A stretch of 30,977 nucleotides of DNA. Source: an uncultured Atribacterota bacterium. Lineage in GTDB: Bacteria; Atribacterota; Phoenicimicrobiia; Phoenicimicrobiales; Phoenicimicrobiaceae. Of this stretch, positions 20,062-28,842 are shown one piece after another (within the stretch, counting starts at the first letter, position 1; each line of letters begins with the position of its first letter). The notes under the pieces were generated by a model. It was not told where the DNA came from and searched no databases. It saw nothing but the letters and a program-made list of their open reading frames with translations. The DNA lies in assembly GCA_965602765.1 (NCBI GenBank), contig CBFCZX010000001.1, positions 1-30,977 of the forward strand, given 5' to 3'. The position numbers and the translations under genes were made by a program.

Positions 20062-20081
20062 TTTCTACTCCGGTGTAGAAA
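20062..20081 (-). promoter_or_regulatory. Additional ANTAR-like hairpin (A1/G4 hexaloop)
   Basis: TTTCTAC-ACCGGA-GTAGAAA. Confidence 0.45.
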
Positions 20082-20087
20082 TATTGC

Positions 20088-20121
20088 GTGCTAAAAAATA
20101 CTACATAGTATTTTTTAGCAC
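20088..20121. repeat. Perfect 15-bp inverted repeat just after the ANTAR gene stop
   Basis: GTGCTAAAAAATACT / AGTATTTTTTAGCAC with a 4-nt loop. Confidence 0.85.
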
Positions 20122-20122
20122 T

Positions 20123-20824
20123 TTAATTATTTCTTACTTCATAAGAAAGGATAATTGCTTCAGCTACCTCCTTCATTGAAATTCTCTTATTCATACTATA
20201 TTTTCTCATCAAGGAAAAAGCTTTTTCTTCATTGACGCTTTTTTCCCTCATTAAAATACCTTTTGCTCTTTCAACTTTTTTTCGGGTTTCAAGCTCTTTT
20301 TGAATGATTTCAGTCTTAACGATTAATTCAGTTTTTTCAATTGCAACAGCAGCTTGATTTGCGACTGTACTTAAAAGGCTAATATCTGCTTTTGTATAAT
20401 TGTATAAAGTAGTCGTATAAACATTGAGGACGCCAATCACCTTACTGTTTACCATCATTGGAACACTTGCCATGGAAACTAAGCCTTCTTTTTCTGCAAG
20501 ATTCTTTTCCTTATAGCGGATATCTTTCAACACATCCAAAATAATGACAGGTTTTTTCTCACGCGCTACCAGGCCTACAATCCCCTCACTTATCTTTATT
20601 ACCCTTTTTACTAAATATTCTCTACTCATTGATTGTGTAGCCTCTATGGTAAATTCTTGATTTTTTTCGTTTAATAACCATATGTTACAAATTTTTGCAC
20701 ACATAACGTTTGCTGTTAAAGTAACGATCAATTTCAATATTTCTTCAAGATACATTTCTGATGTTATTGCTCTACTTATTTTATTTAAAGTTTTCAAGTA
20801 ATCTTCAAGATTGTACTTCTGCAT
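20123..20824 (-). CDS. One-component GAF-ANTAR RNA-binding antiterminator
   Basis: GAF (EGIVGLVA, SVPMM..VIGVLNVY, LSTVANQAAVAIE) plus ANTAR (LETRKKVERAKGILM...AFSLMRKYSMNKRISMKEVAEAII); ATG 20824 has better SD spacing than 20833. Confidence 0.93.
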   Translation of the reverse strand: MQKYNLEDYLKTLNKISRAITSEMYLEEILKLIVTLTANVMCAKICNIWLLNEKNQEFTIEATQSMSREYLVKRVIKISEGIVGLVAREKKPVIILDVLKDIRYKEKNLAEKEGLVSMASVPMMVNSKVIGVLNVYTTTLYNYTKADISLLSTVANQAAVAIEKTELIVKTEIIQKELETRKKVERAKGILMREKSVNEEKAFSLMRKYSMNKRISMKEVAEAIILSYEVRNN

Positions 20825-20911
20825 AATTTTCATACCCTTTTACGGACATTTATTTTATAGTATATTTATTATTACTTTACTAAATTAAAGTATTAAAGTA
20901 TAAAATTTTAT

Positions 20912-20971
20912 AAAAAAGCCTGAAAGATAGGTTATGTTCATTTTTACAGAACCTATCTTTCAGGCTTTTTT
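20912..20971 (-). terminator. Riboswitch expression-platform terminator
   Basis: Perfect 22-bp arms AAAAAAGCCTGAAAGATAGGTT (20971-20950) / AACCTATCTTTCAGGCTTTTTT (20933-20912). Confidence 0.9.
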
Positions 20972-21063
20972 CCCAAAAGTGTAACACTTATTTTTTAAAA
21001 ATGTCTGTACCGCTCGGTCCAGCTTCTTTTGGTTATGGAACGGAACCCTAGGCACACTCCTGT
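20946..21063 (-). ncRNA. ykkC-family riboswitch aptamer with P0 helix (ppGpp/PRPP-type architecture)
   Basis: ACAGGAGUGUGCCUAGGGUUCCG...GGACCGAGCGGUACA...ACACUUUUGGGAAAAAAGCCUGAAAGAUAGGUUCUGU; P0 ACAGGA/UUCUGU, P1 UGUGCC/GGUACA. Confidence 0.88.
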
Positions 21064-21089
21064 CTATTTAATATATTTTATTTTATGGG

Positions 21090-21118
21090 ATTATAGCAGG
21101 TCTTCTTGAAAAAGTCAA
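21090..21118 (-). promoter_or_regulatory. sigma70 promoter upstream of the riboswitch
   Basis: TTGACT (21118-21113), 17 nt, TATAAT (21095-21090). Confidence 0.8.
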
Positions 21119-21302
21119 GAAATTGAATAATTATTGTAATTGAACTTTGATATTTTCATCTTAAAAATAATTAGTAATAGTGTCACTACGGAAAAGTGAA
21201 GATGTCTAGTGACTAAATAAAGAATTAGTATGAGTTTGTGTTATCAACTCCCCAATTGAGAATAAGATGACCAGTGGCAGAGATTTAAAAAATTATTTTA
21301 AC

Positions 21303-22250
21303 TCATATGCTATATTCCATAAAATCTTCAGCTAATAAAGTTTGTGGGAAAATTTTTCGAGCTTCAACCAATAAATCCTTTTCGGTCGTTTTGTTATTTT
21401 TACTTTTAGAATTATATCTTGAACTAATATGAGTTAATATGAGCCGTTTTACACCTGCCTCTTTTGCAGCGTTTGCAGCTACCGCAGTTGTTGAATGGAA
21501 ATTACGAAAGGCATCTTCCTTTTCTTTGTAAGAAAAAGTTGATTCATGTATTAAGATATCTGCATTCTTCGCCAAGAAAATTAGATTTTCGGAAAAAGCC
21601 GTATCACTTCCAAACACTATTTTTTTTCTTTCTTTAATACAATCAATAAAATCTTTTCCATGAAAGATTCTACCATCAGGTAATTTGATTGTTTTCCCTT
21701 CTTTCAAAGCTTTATATACCGGACCTGGTTTTATATTGTATTCTCGGGCTTTTTCTATCATAAAATGACTTTGCTTTTTTTTCTCTTCTAAAGAATATCC
21801 ATATGTTTTTAGGTTGTGAGTAAGTTCGCAATATTTCACTCTAAATTCTTCATCTTCGTATATGATTCCTGAGGTAGAACTTGAAGGGATAATATTCACC
21901 TTAATTTCATAAGGAATATAAGTTTTAGACAATTTCAACGTTTCTTTTAAATATAAATCAAGACCTTCGGGACCAAATATTTGAATGTTATGCTGATTTT
22001 TTCCGCAAGTCAAACCTCGAGATGCTAATAATCCGGGAAGTCCGAACAAATGGTCGCCGTGCAAATGAGATATAAATACTTTTTCTAACCTTGATATTTT
22101 CAAAGAAGTTTTTAAAATCTGATGTTGCGTTCCTTCTCCGCAATCCCACAACCACCATTTATTTTTTTTAGAAAAAATCAGTGCTATAGAAGATACGTTT
22201 CTCCTCAAAGAAGGTAAACCAGAACCGGTACCTAAAAAAAATAATTTCAT
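21303..22250 (-). CDS. rnz: Ribonuclease Z
   Basis: FLGTGSG.P, WDCGEGTQ, SHLHGDH, HEST, THISSRY; start at ATG 22250. Confidence 0.95.
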   Translation of the reverse strand: MKLFFLGTGSGLPSLRRNVSSIALIFSKKNKWWLWDCGEGTQHQILKTSLKISRLEKVFISHLHGDHLFGLPGLLASRGLTCGKNQHNIQIFGPEGLDLYLKETLKLSKTYIPYEIKVNIIPSSSTSGIIYEDEEFRVKYCELTHNLKTYGYSLEEKKKQSHFMIEKAREYNIKPGPVYKALKEGKTIKLPDGRIFHGKDFIDCIKERKKIVFGSDTAFSENLIFLAKNADILIHESTFSYKEKEDAFRNFHSTTAVAANAAKEAGVKRLILTHISSRYNSKSKNNKTTEKDLLVEARKIFPQTLLAEDFMEYSI

Positions 22251-22266
22251 AAATTTCCATCCAATT

Positions 22267-22761
22267 TTATTCTTTTTTTGCACATTCGGAAGCTTGCCCT
22301 TTTAATATCTCTATTCCGTGTGGTAAAACATCCAATATTATTTCTAAAGATTCTTCGACTCCTTTAGGGCTACCGGGTAAATTAATAATCAAGGACTCTC
22401 CTCTAATACCGGAAATCGCCCGAGACAGTATAGCTCTATTGGTTTTCCTGAAACTTTCACCTCTAATCATCTCGCTAATTCCGGGTACAGATTTTTCTAT
22501 GACTTCAGAGGTTGCGTCCGGCGTTACATCTCTTTTCGCCAAACCCGTTCCTCCGGTAGTAAAAACTAAATCAAGATGCATTTCATCTACCGCTTTTATT
22601 AGTTCTTTTTTTATTAATTCTTTCTCATCAGGAATAATCTTGTAATATTTTACTTTTCCATCAATTTTCGATATAATATCTTTTATTTTTTTACCACTTA
22701 AATCTTCTCTTTCTCCTCGTGAACCTTTATCGCTTATTGTTAAAATGCCTACACTAATCAT
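22267..22761 (-). CDS. mog: Molybdopterin adenylyltransferase MogA/MoaB
   Basis: TISDKGSRGEREDLSG, TTGGTG...RDVTP, NLPGSPK. Confidence 0.92.
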   Translation of the reverse strand: MISVGILTISDKGSRGEREDLSGKKIKDIISKIDGKVKYYKIIPDEKELIKKELIKAVDEMHLDLVFTTGGTGLAKRDVTPDATSEVIEKSVPGISEMIRGESFRKTNRAILSRAISGIRGESLIINLPGSPKGVEESLEIILDVLPHGIEILKGQASECAKKE

Positions 22762-23210
22762 TAGGAAATCACCTCAATTTTATCGCCAGCTTTTATTATT
22801 CCACCTTCTAATACGCGAGTAAAAATTCCTTCCTTGGTCATGATGGAACTAAATTTTTTTCCTTCAATTTCTTTTAAATATTTTTCTTTTTTTCCGATTT
22901 GAGTCATCTCCAGCGTTACATTATTTCCTATTTTTAGCTTTGTTCCCATGGGCAACTTATGTAAGATAATACCCTCTGTAACTATATTTTCATATAGATC
23001 ACCGTAATTAATGTTTGCTCCCTGCTCTCGCATCTTATTAATGCTATCAATGCTGAGAAGGCTTATCTGTTTATGGTATTTTCCCGCATGAGCATCATTT
23101 TTCAATCCCCAATCTTTAATAATCAATCCTTCCTTGATATTTTTTTTATTTTCTTTTTTTATTTTACTTCGACAAACTGCAATTATTTTACCGACTAATT
23201 TTTTCGCCAT
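22761..23210 (-). CDS. MOSC-domain protein, paralog lacking the C-terminal Cys motif
   Basis: DAHAG.YHKQISLL, ENIVTEG, TQIGK, EGIF..VLEGG.IK.GD. Confidence 0.85.
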   Translation of the reverse strand: MAKKLVGKIIAVCRSKIKKENKKNIKEGLIIKDWGLKNDAHAGKYHKQISLLSIDSINKMREQGANINYGDLYENIVTEGIILHKLPMGTKLKIGNNVTLEMTQIGKKEKYLKEIEGKKFSSIMTKEGIFTRVLEGGIIKAGDKIEVIS

Positions 23211-23216
23211 ATAATT

Positions 23217-23714
23217 TTATTTCTCCATTCCAGATTTTCCTTGATAACGACCGCTTCGCCCTCCGATTTTTTCAACCAGATGTATATTTTGAATCGTCAT
23301 CTCCTTATCTACCGCTTTACACATATCATAAATTGTCAAAGCTGCCACTGAAACAGCTGTTAACGGTTCCATTTCTACGCCAGTTTTTCCAGTATTTTTG
23401 ACTTTTGATTGTATAATAATCTTGTTTTTATTTTTATCAATCTTAAAATAAATATTAATGTGAGTTAAGACCAGAGGATGACACATTGGAATAATTTCGC
23501 TGGTTTTTTTTGCAGCCATAATTCCGGCAATTTGAGCTACTCCTAAAACGTCACCCTTGGACACCTTTCCATCTTTAATCATTTTTAAAGTTGTAGGTAA
23601 CATGACTATTTCGCCTTCCGCAATTGCCATTCTATTTGTGTCCTCTTTGTTGCCAACATCTACCATCTGTGCTCTGCCATCTTTATTAAAGTGAGTAAAT
23701 TCTAATTTGTTCAT
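23217..23714 (-). CDS. moaC: Cyclic pyranopterin monophosphate synthase
   Basis: FTHFN..GRAQMVDV, IPMCHPL, TGVEME, IYDMCKAVD, EKIGGRSG. Confidence 0.97.
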   Translation of the reverse strand: MNKLEFTHFNKDGRAQMVDVGNKEDTNRMAIAEGEIVMLPTTLKMIKDGKVSKGDVLGVAQIAGIMAAKKTSEIIPMCHPLVLTHINIYFKIDKNKNKIIIQSKVKNTGKTGVEMEPLTAVSVAALTIYDMCKAVDKEMTIQNIHLVEKIGGRSGRYQGKSGMEK

Positions 23715-23822
23715 TTTTATCGATAAACCTCCGAACCAAGATTTTTAAAGAACGAACGATTTTAATTTGCAAATATGTATATAAAATAATCTACATTGGA
23801 CGTAATTACCAGTTATTTTTCA

Positions 23823-24269
23823 CTAAATAATTTCTATTGTATCTCCAATTATTACCTTTCCGCTTCTTAAAACCCGGGCAAATATTCCTTCTTTGGGCAT
23901 AATGCACATTCCAATTTTACTTTTAATTTCACAATTATGATGACATTTTTTGCCAATCTGAGTTACTTCCAAAAGTACTTTTTTTCCAATTAATAACTTG
24001 GTACCAGGATTTAATTCATACAGAATGATATTTTCAGTGGTTAGATTTTCTGCAAAACTTCCAAAATCAATTTCAAAGTCCTTATTTTTCATTTTATTGA
24101 TGCTTTCGATTCCTAAAAGGCTGATTTGGCGATGCCATTTTCCGCCGTGAGCATCATTTTTTAAACCATAATCTTTTAATAAAAATCCTGAACCTATATT
24201 TTTTTTCACTGTTCCTTTTTTTTCACTTTGACAAACTGCTAATATTTTTCCTTGACTTTTTTCAAACAT
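23823..24269 (-). CDS. MOSC-domain protein (Cys-containing)
   Basis: DAHGGKWHRQISLL, FAENLTT, TQIGKKCHHNC...CIMPKEGIF. Confidence 0.9.
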   Translation of the reverse strand: MFEKSQGKILAVCQSEKKGTVKKNIGSGFLLKDYGLKNDAHGGKWHRQISLLGIESINKMKNKDFEIDFGSFAENLTTENIILYELNPGTKLLIGKKVLLEVTQIGKKCHHNCEIKSKIGMCIMPKEGIFARVLRSGKVIIGDTIEII

Positions 24270-24484
24270 TTCTTATCAACACCTTTTATTTTAATCCAAT
24301 CATTTTAATCAATTCAATACCTATTTTTATAAACAAAATTTTAATGAAATTCCTCGCAAACAATCATTGCAAAAAATAACAATCATTCATTTTATCATTT
24401 TACGAATTATCGAGATGATTAAAATATTATTTTTTCTTTTTTAATTATGTAATTTCTCCTACTAAAAACGGATTTTATTCGTTA

Positions 24485-25504
24485 TTATCCTCCGATTTGA
24501 GACATTTGAAAAGAAATATCATTCTTTTCTTTTATGTTTAATTGATGGCATGCGGGTTTTAATTTTACTGCTTCAATAATTTTTTCTCTGATCAATTTTT
24601 TTCTTGAATGAGAGGTGTTTTTAGCTGTTTTTTCCAGATTTCTTAATTCATTTTTAAGTTCAATTGCTCTATTAGAAAAAAGACAAGGTCTTATTTTTCC
24701 ATTAGAGGTTAATCTTACCCGATTACAACTTTCACAAAAATGTTGACTTAAAGCAGTAATAAATCCGATAGTCCCCTTGCCACCATCTAATTGATAATAA
24801 CTAGCAGGACCATTACCACGATCAACCTTAACAGGTTTTAACAAATATTTTTTAATCAAGTAATCTCTTATCTCCAATATTGAAATAAAGCCTTTTTTAT
24901 ACTCTGCACTTAATACGTCAGTAGAAGGCATAAATTCGATAAAACGAATATTTATCGGATATTTCAAAGCTAATTGAACAAAATCATCGATTTCATCATC
25001 ATTCACTCCTCTCATCACAACGGTATTAATTTTTACAGGCAGCAATCCTACTGCTATCGCGGTGTGTATTCCGGTTAAAACTTTTTTAAGATTTCCACCT
25101 CGAGTAATCTTCTTATATTTTTCTTCCTGTAAAGAATCCAAGCTGACATTTACTCTTTTTAATCCTGCTTCTTTTAATTGTCCGGCATATTCATCAAGAA
25201 AAAAACCATTGGTTGTTAAAGATATATCATTTAATTTTTTTATTTTATTCAATTGTCGGATAAAGCACGTGACGCCTTTTCTTGCCAGTGGTTCGCCTCC
25301 GGTTATCCTTACTTTTGATATGCCAAGCTCTACTGCTTCTTGAATGATTTCCATTATTTCTTCATATCTCAATATTTCCTGATGAGGAATAAAATTAAAC
25401 GGCTTTTCCGGTTGGCAATAAATACACCGATAATTACATCTATCCGTAATTGAAACTCGAAGATAACTAATCTCTCTGCCAAAATTGTCAATTAATTTAT
25501 TCAT
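24485..25504 (-). CDS. moaA: GTP 3',8-cyclase (radical SAM)
   Basis: ITDRCNYRCIYC, TGGEPL, FCESCNRVRL...PC, C-terminal GG; start at ATG 25504 overlapping the moeA-PBP stop. Confidence 0.97.
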   Translation of the reverse strand: MNKLIDNFGREISYLRVSITDRCNYRCIYCQPEKPFNFIPHQEILRYEEIMEIIQEAVELGISKVRITGGEPLARKGVTCFIRQLNKIKKLNDISLTTNGFFLDEYAGQLKEAGLKRVNVSLDSLQEEKYKKITRGGNLKKVLTGIHTAIAVGLLPVKINTVVMRGVNDDEIDDFVQLALKYPINIRFIEFMPSTDVLSAEYKKGFISILEIRDYLIKKYLLKPVKVDRGNGPASYYQLDGGKGTIGFITALSQHFCESCNRVRLTSNGKIRPCLFSNRAIELKNELRNLEKTAKNTSHSRKKLIREKIIEAVKLKPACHQLNIKEKNDISFQMSQIGG

Positions 25505-27482
25505 CTTGTACTTCCTTTCCGCTGAGGCTGAGATCATAACCTCCCAGGTCCAATATTTTTTTCCGAAACTCATCTGAACGTATAACATCTAGAATTTCAT
25601 TCATTTTATGGTTTGAATAAAATTCCGATGATACAATAATATCATATCTTTCTTTTGTAACCGGTATAAAATCAAGATGAAAAGCTTTGGCTGCAGATAA
25701 AATCCCTAATCCTGCATCTGCAGTTCCTTCCGCAACTGAAGAGGCAACCATTAAATGTGTATATTCCTCTCGAGAATAACCCTGAATATTTGAAGGATCA
25801 TACCCTTTGACCCTTAGGAGGTAGTCTAATAAGACTCTGGTTCCTGAGCCTTTCTGCCGATTGACAAAGATAATGTCCTTTTTCATTAGATCATCGATAC
25901 TTTTTATATTTTTAGGGTTTCCTTTTTTTACATATATTCCCTGTTCCCGATAAGCAAGGTTAATGACTTTAACTGCTTTATCCGGTAAAATTTTCTTAAT
26001 ATAAGTAAAATTATATTTCCCATTTTCGGGATCTAACAAATGGGCGGTGGCAAGGTGTGTTTTTCTTTGTTTTAAGGCTGACAATCCCCCCATACTTCCT
26101 ACATTGAAGGATACTAAATTCAAGTCGGAAAAATTTTTATGTAATTCATTTTTTAAAACATCCAATATCAAGTCATGGCTTCCGGTTACAATGACATTAC
26201 GCTTTATTTTTTCTATATCACGTATGAGTTCCGCATCAACTTCTTCCAAAAAACTCAAGCCTTCTTTATGAGAAGGAATGCGGATAAAAGCATCCGCCTC
26301 AATGAGAGAATTGATGACTCCTGCACCTCTGGGGAGAGGAAATGCCATTATTTTTTTATCTATTTCGCCTAATCTTACTCTTAAAAATTCTTCATTTCCC
26401 AAACGTGAAAATAATTTTTGCGCTACAGTAACATTAATCATTTTTCGAACATCTAATCGCATACCGACTTTTTTAAATATGAGAGGTTTTAAAAATTGTT
26501 CAGCTGAGATAAACATGGATACCGGATATCCAGGCAGGCCAATAACCGGGAGTTTGTTTACAATTCCCAAAATAGTTGGTTTTCCCGGCATGATAGTAAC
26601 TCCATGAACTAAAATCTCTCCTAAATTCTCAATCATCTTTGAAGTAAAATCTTTAGAACCGGCTGATGAACCTGCCAATATCACAACGATATCACTCTGT
26701 TGAACGGCATCTTTTATAACACGCATCAAATCATTCGGGATATCCCGCACAATACCGTAAATGGATGCTTCGCCTCCCCATTCGGAAATCATATTTTTTA
26801 CTACTTTTGAGTTATACTCAATAATTTTTCCAGGGGATATCTTTTCTCCGGGTTCGATAAGTTCATCCCCGGTAGGTATGATACTTACAAGCGGTTTTTT
26901 CCTAACTGAGATTTTATCGATTCCACCAGCTAATAGACCGCCAATATCTACAGGTCTTATTTTGTGATTTTCCGGTAAAATTAATTGATTTGCTACAATA
27001 TCTTCTCCAATGTTTCTAATGTGTTGTCCAGGAAAGGCGGCTGAGTAAATTTCAACTTTTTCACATTTGTTTCTCTCTTCACTTTTTGAAAAAAAAGTTA
27101 CTTGATTTTGCTTTAGAAATACTGTTGCATCTACTATATTAATATCTTCGATTTTTATTACTGCATTACAATCCTGTGGAATAGGATTGCCGGTATTCAC
27201 ATAATAAAAATCGATATTTTTCTTTAACCTTACAGGAGATGATTCAGAAGCTCCAAAAGTATCTTCTGCTTTTACCGCAATACCATCCATAGCAGCAGAC
27301 TGAAAATGTGGTGATGATATTTTGGCAAAAACCGATTCGGCAGTAATCCGCGCTAATGCATCAATTGTAAGAATCAACTCTCTTTCTAAAGGAAGATTTA
27401 ATTTATCCTGCAGTAATGCCATATTCAATTTATGCTGCGCTTCCTTTAAAGAAAGTTTATTTAAATAGATGTTTCTTTTCAA
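25497..27482 (-). CDS. moeA: MoeA fused to a C-terminal periplasmic-binding-like (PBP) domain
   Basis: AAMDGIAV, PTGDEL, PGKPT, LPGYP, then GSHDL, GSMGG, NRQKGSGTR; likely TTG start at 27482 (ORF track gives 27497). Confidence 0.92.
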   Translation of the reverse strand: MKRNIYLNKLSLKEAQHKLNMALLQDKLNLPLERELILTIDALARITAESVFAKISSPHFQSAAMDGIAVKAEDTFGASESSPVRLKKNIDFYYVNTGNPIPQDCNAVIKIEDINIVDATVFLKQNQVTFFSKSEERNKCEKVEIYSAAFPGQHIRNIGEDIVANQLILPENHKIRPVDIGGLLAGGIDKISVRKKPLVSIIPTGDELIEPGEKISPGKIIEYNSKVVKNMISEWGGEASIYGIVRDIPNDLMRVIKDAVQQSDIVVILAGSSAGSKDFTSKMIENLGEILVHGVTIMPGKPTILGIVNKLPVIGLPGYPVSMFISAEQFLKPLIFKKVGMRLDVRKMINVTVAQKLFSRLGNEEFLRVRLGEIDKKIMAFPLPRGAGVINSLIEADAFIRIPSHKEGLSFLEEVDAELIRDIEKIKRNVIVTGSHDLILDVLKNELHKNFSDLNLVSFNVGSMGGLSALKQRKTHLATAHLLDPENGKYNFTYIKKILPDKAVKVINLAYREQGIYVKKGNPKNIKSIDDLMKKDIIFVNRQKGSGTRVLLDYLLRVKGYDPSNIQGYSREEYTHLMVASSVAEGTADAGLGILSAAKAFHLDFIPVTKERYDIIVSSEFYSNHKMNEILDVIRSDEFRKKILDLGGYDLSLSGKEVQDE

Positions 27483-27509
27483 AGCCACGCCCCCCATGTA
27501 TATTCATCA

Positions 27510-28766
27510 TTAAAACAAATTTACTTTTACATTTGTTCCTTTTACCAAACCCTCTACATTTAGATCAATCTTAACCAATCCTGAAGCTAAAACCATATTG
27601 GATATTAATCCCGATTTTCCTAAAATTGGTTTGGCAAAAAATTTCCCTGCTTTTTCATATAAAGCAACTCGGATGTATTCTTCTCTACCAGAATCAGAAG
27701 AAATATTAGCGTCTATTTCTGCTTTAATCTGTTTATTGTATATCAACTCATCATTACTTCCCTCAAACCATCTAAGTAAAGGCTTTAGAAATAAATCGAA
27801 GATAATCATCGCAGATACCGGGTGACCGGGTAAACCGAATATCGGCATATCATCCACCACTGCAATAATAGTGGGTTTTCCCGGCTTTACCGAAACTCCA
27901 TGTACCAGTATCCCTGGCTTACCCAATCGACTAAGTACTTCAAGAGTAATATCTCTGCTGCCTACTGAACTTCCTCCGGAAATAATTATTGCATCTGCTT
28001 CTTTTTTCTGAATTGTTTCTTTTATTTTTTTCTCTAAAATTAACTTTTCATCTTTTACAATTCCTTTATATATTGGAATGGCGTGCATTTCAAGCAGGCA
28101 AGCTCCCAAAGTATAACTATTGATATCTCTTACCTGACCAAAATCGGGAACTTCATTTGCAGGAACAATCTCGTTACCAGTTGAAATGATTGCAATTCTC
28201 GGTTTTTTATAGACTTCAATCTTTAATCTTCCAATGCCTGCTAAAATCCCTATATCCTGCGGACGGATTTTATGCCCTTTTTTCAAGATAGTTTTTCCCG
28301 CCGTCAAGTCTTCATCTTTTCGCACAACATTTTCCCATGGTGCAACAGATTTTCTTATCTCGATATTTTTTTCATCAATTTGCTCAGAGTATTCCAGCAT
28401 AACAACAGCATTGCTGCCGACAGGTAACATTCCCCCTGTCGATATCTTTACCGCTTCTCCTACATTTAATTTAAATTCGGGCTTACACCCCATATCAATC
28501 TCTCCAACAATTTTTAGGTAGGCAGGTAAACTATCGCTTGCTCCAAAAGAATCCTCTGCTTTGATTGCGTAGCCATCCATCGTGGAACGATTAAAACCGG
28601 GCAGGTTAATATCAGTTGAAATATTTTGGGATAATACCCGATCTAAAGCATCAATGATTTTAATTTTCTCTCTATTTTTCTGATGAAGTAATTCTAGATT
28701 CAAGTGACTTTTTAAAAGTTGAATGGCTTTATCCGGTATTGTGACATCAAACAAGGTTTTAGGCAT
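27510..28766 (-). CDS. moeA: Molybdopterin molybdo/tungsto-transferase MoeA
   Basis: RSTMDGYA, STGGMLP, STGNE, SGGSSVG, PGKPT, GLPGHP. Confidence 0.95.
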   Translation of the reverse strand: MPKTLFDVTIPDKAIQLLKSHLNLELLHQKNREKIKIIDALDRVLSQNISTDINLPGFNRSTMDGYAIKAEDSFGASDSLPAYLKIVGEIDMGCKPEFKLNVGEAVKISTGGMLPVGSNAVVMLEYSEQIDEKNIEIRKSVAPWENVVRKDEDLTAGKTILKKGHKIRPQDIGILAGIGRLKIEVYKKPRIAIISTGNEIVPANEVPDFGQVRDINSYTLGACLLEMHAIPIYKGIVKDEKLILEKKIKETIQKKEADAIIISGGSSVGSRDITLEVLSRLGKPGILVHGVSVKPGKPTIIAVVDDMPIFGLPGHPVSAMIIFDLFLKPLLRWFEGSNDELIYNKQIKAEIDANISSDSGREEYIRVALYEKAGKFFAKPILGKSGLISNMVLASGLVKIDLNVEGLVKGTNVKVNLF

Positions 28767-28842
28767 ATCTCAGTTGCCCTCCTATGCAAATCTACTGATG
28801 GATACATCTTTATTTAGTACCTCAGGAATATTAAAATCAAAA

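Noticed and set aside
24485-25588. N-terminal 28-aa extension of MoaA in the ORF track
   Set aside because: It overlaps the moeA-PBP 3' end; the homologous start is ATG 25504
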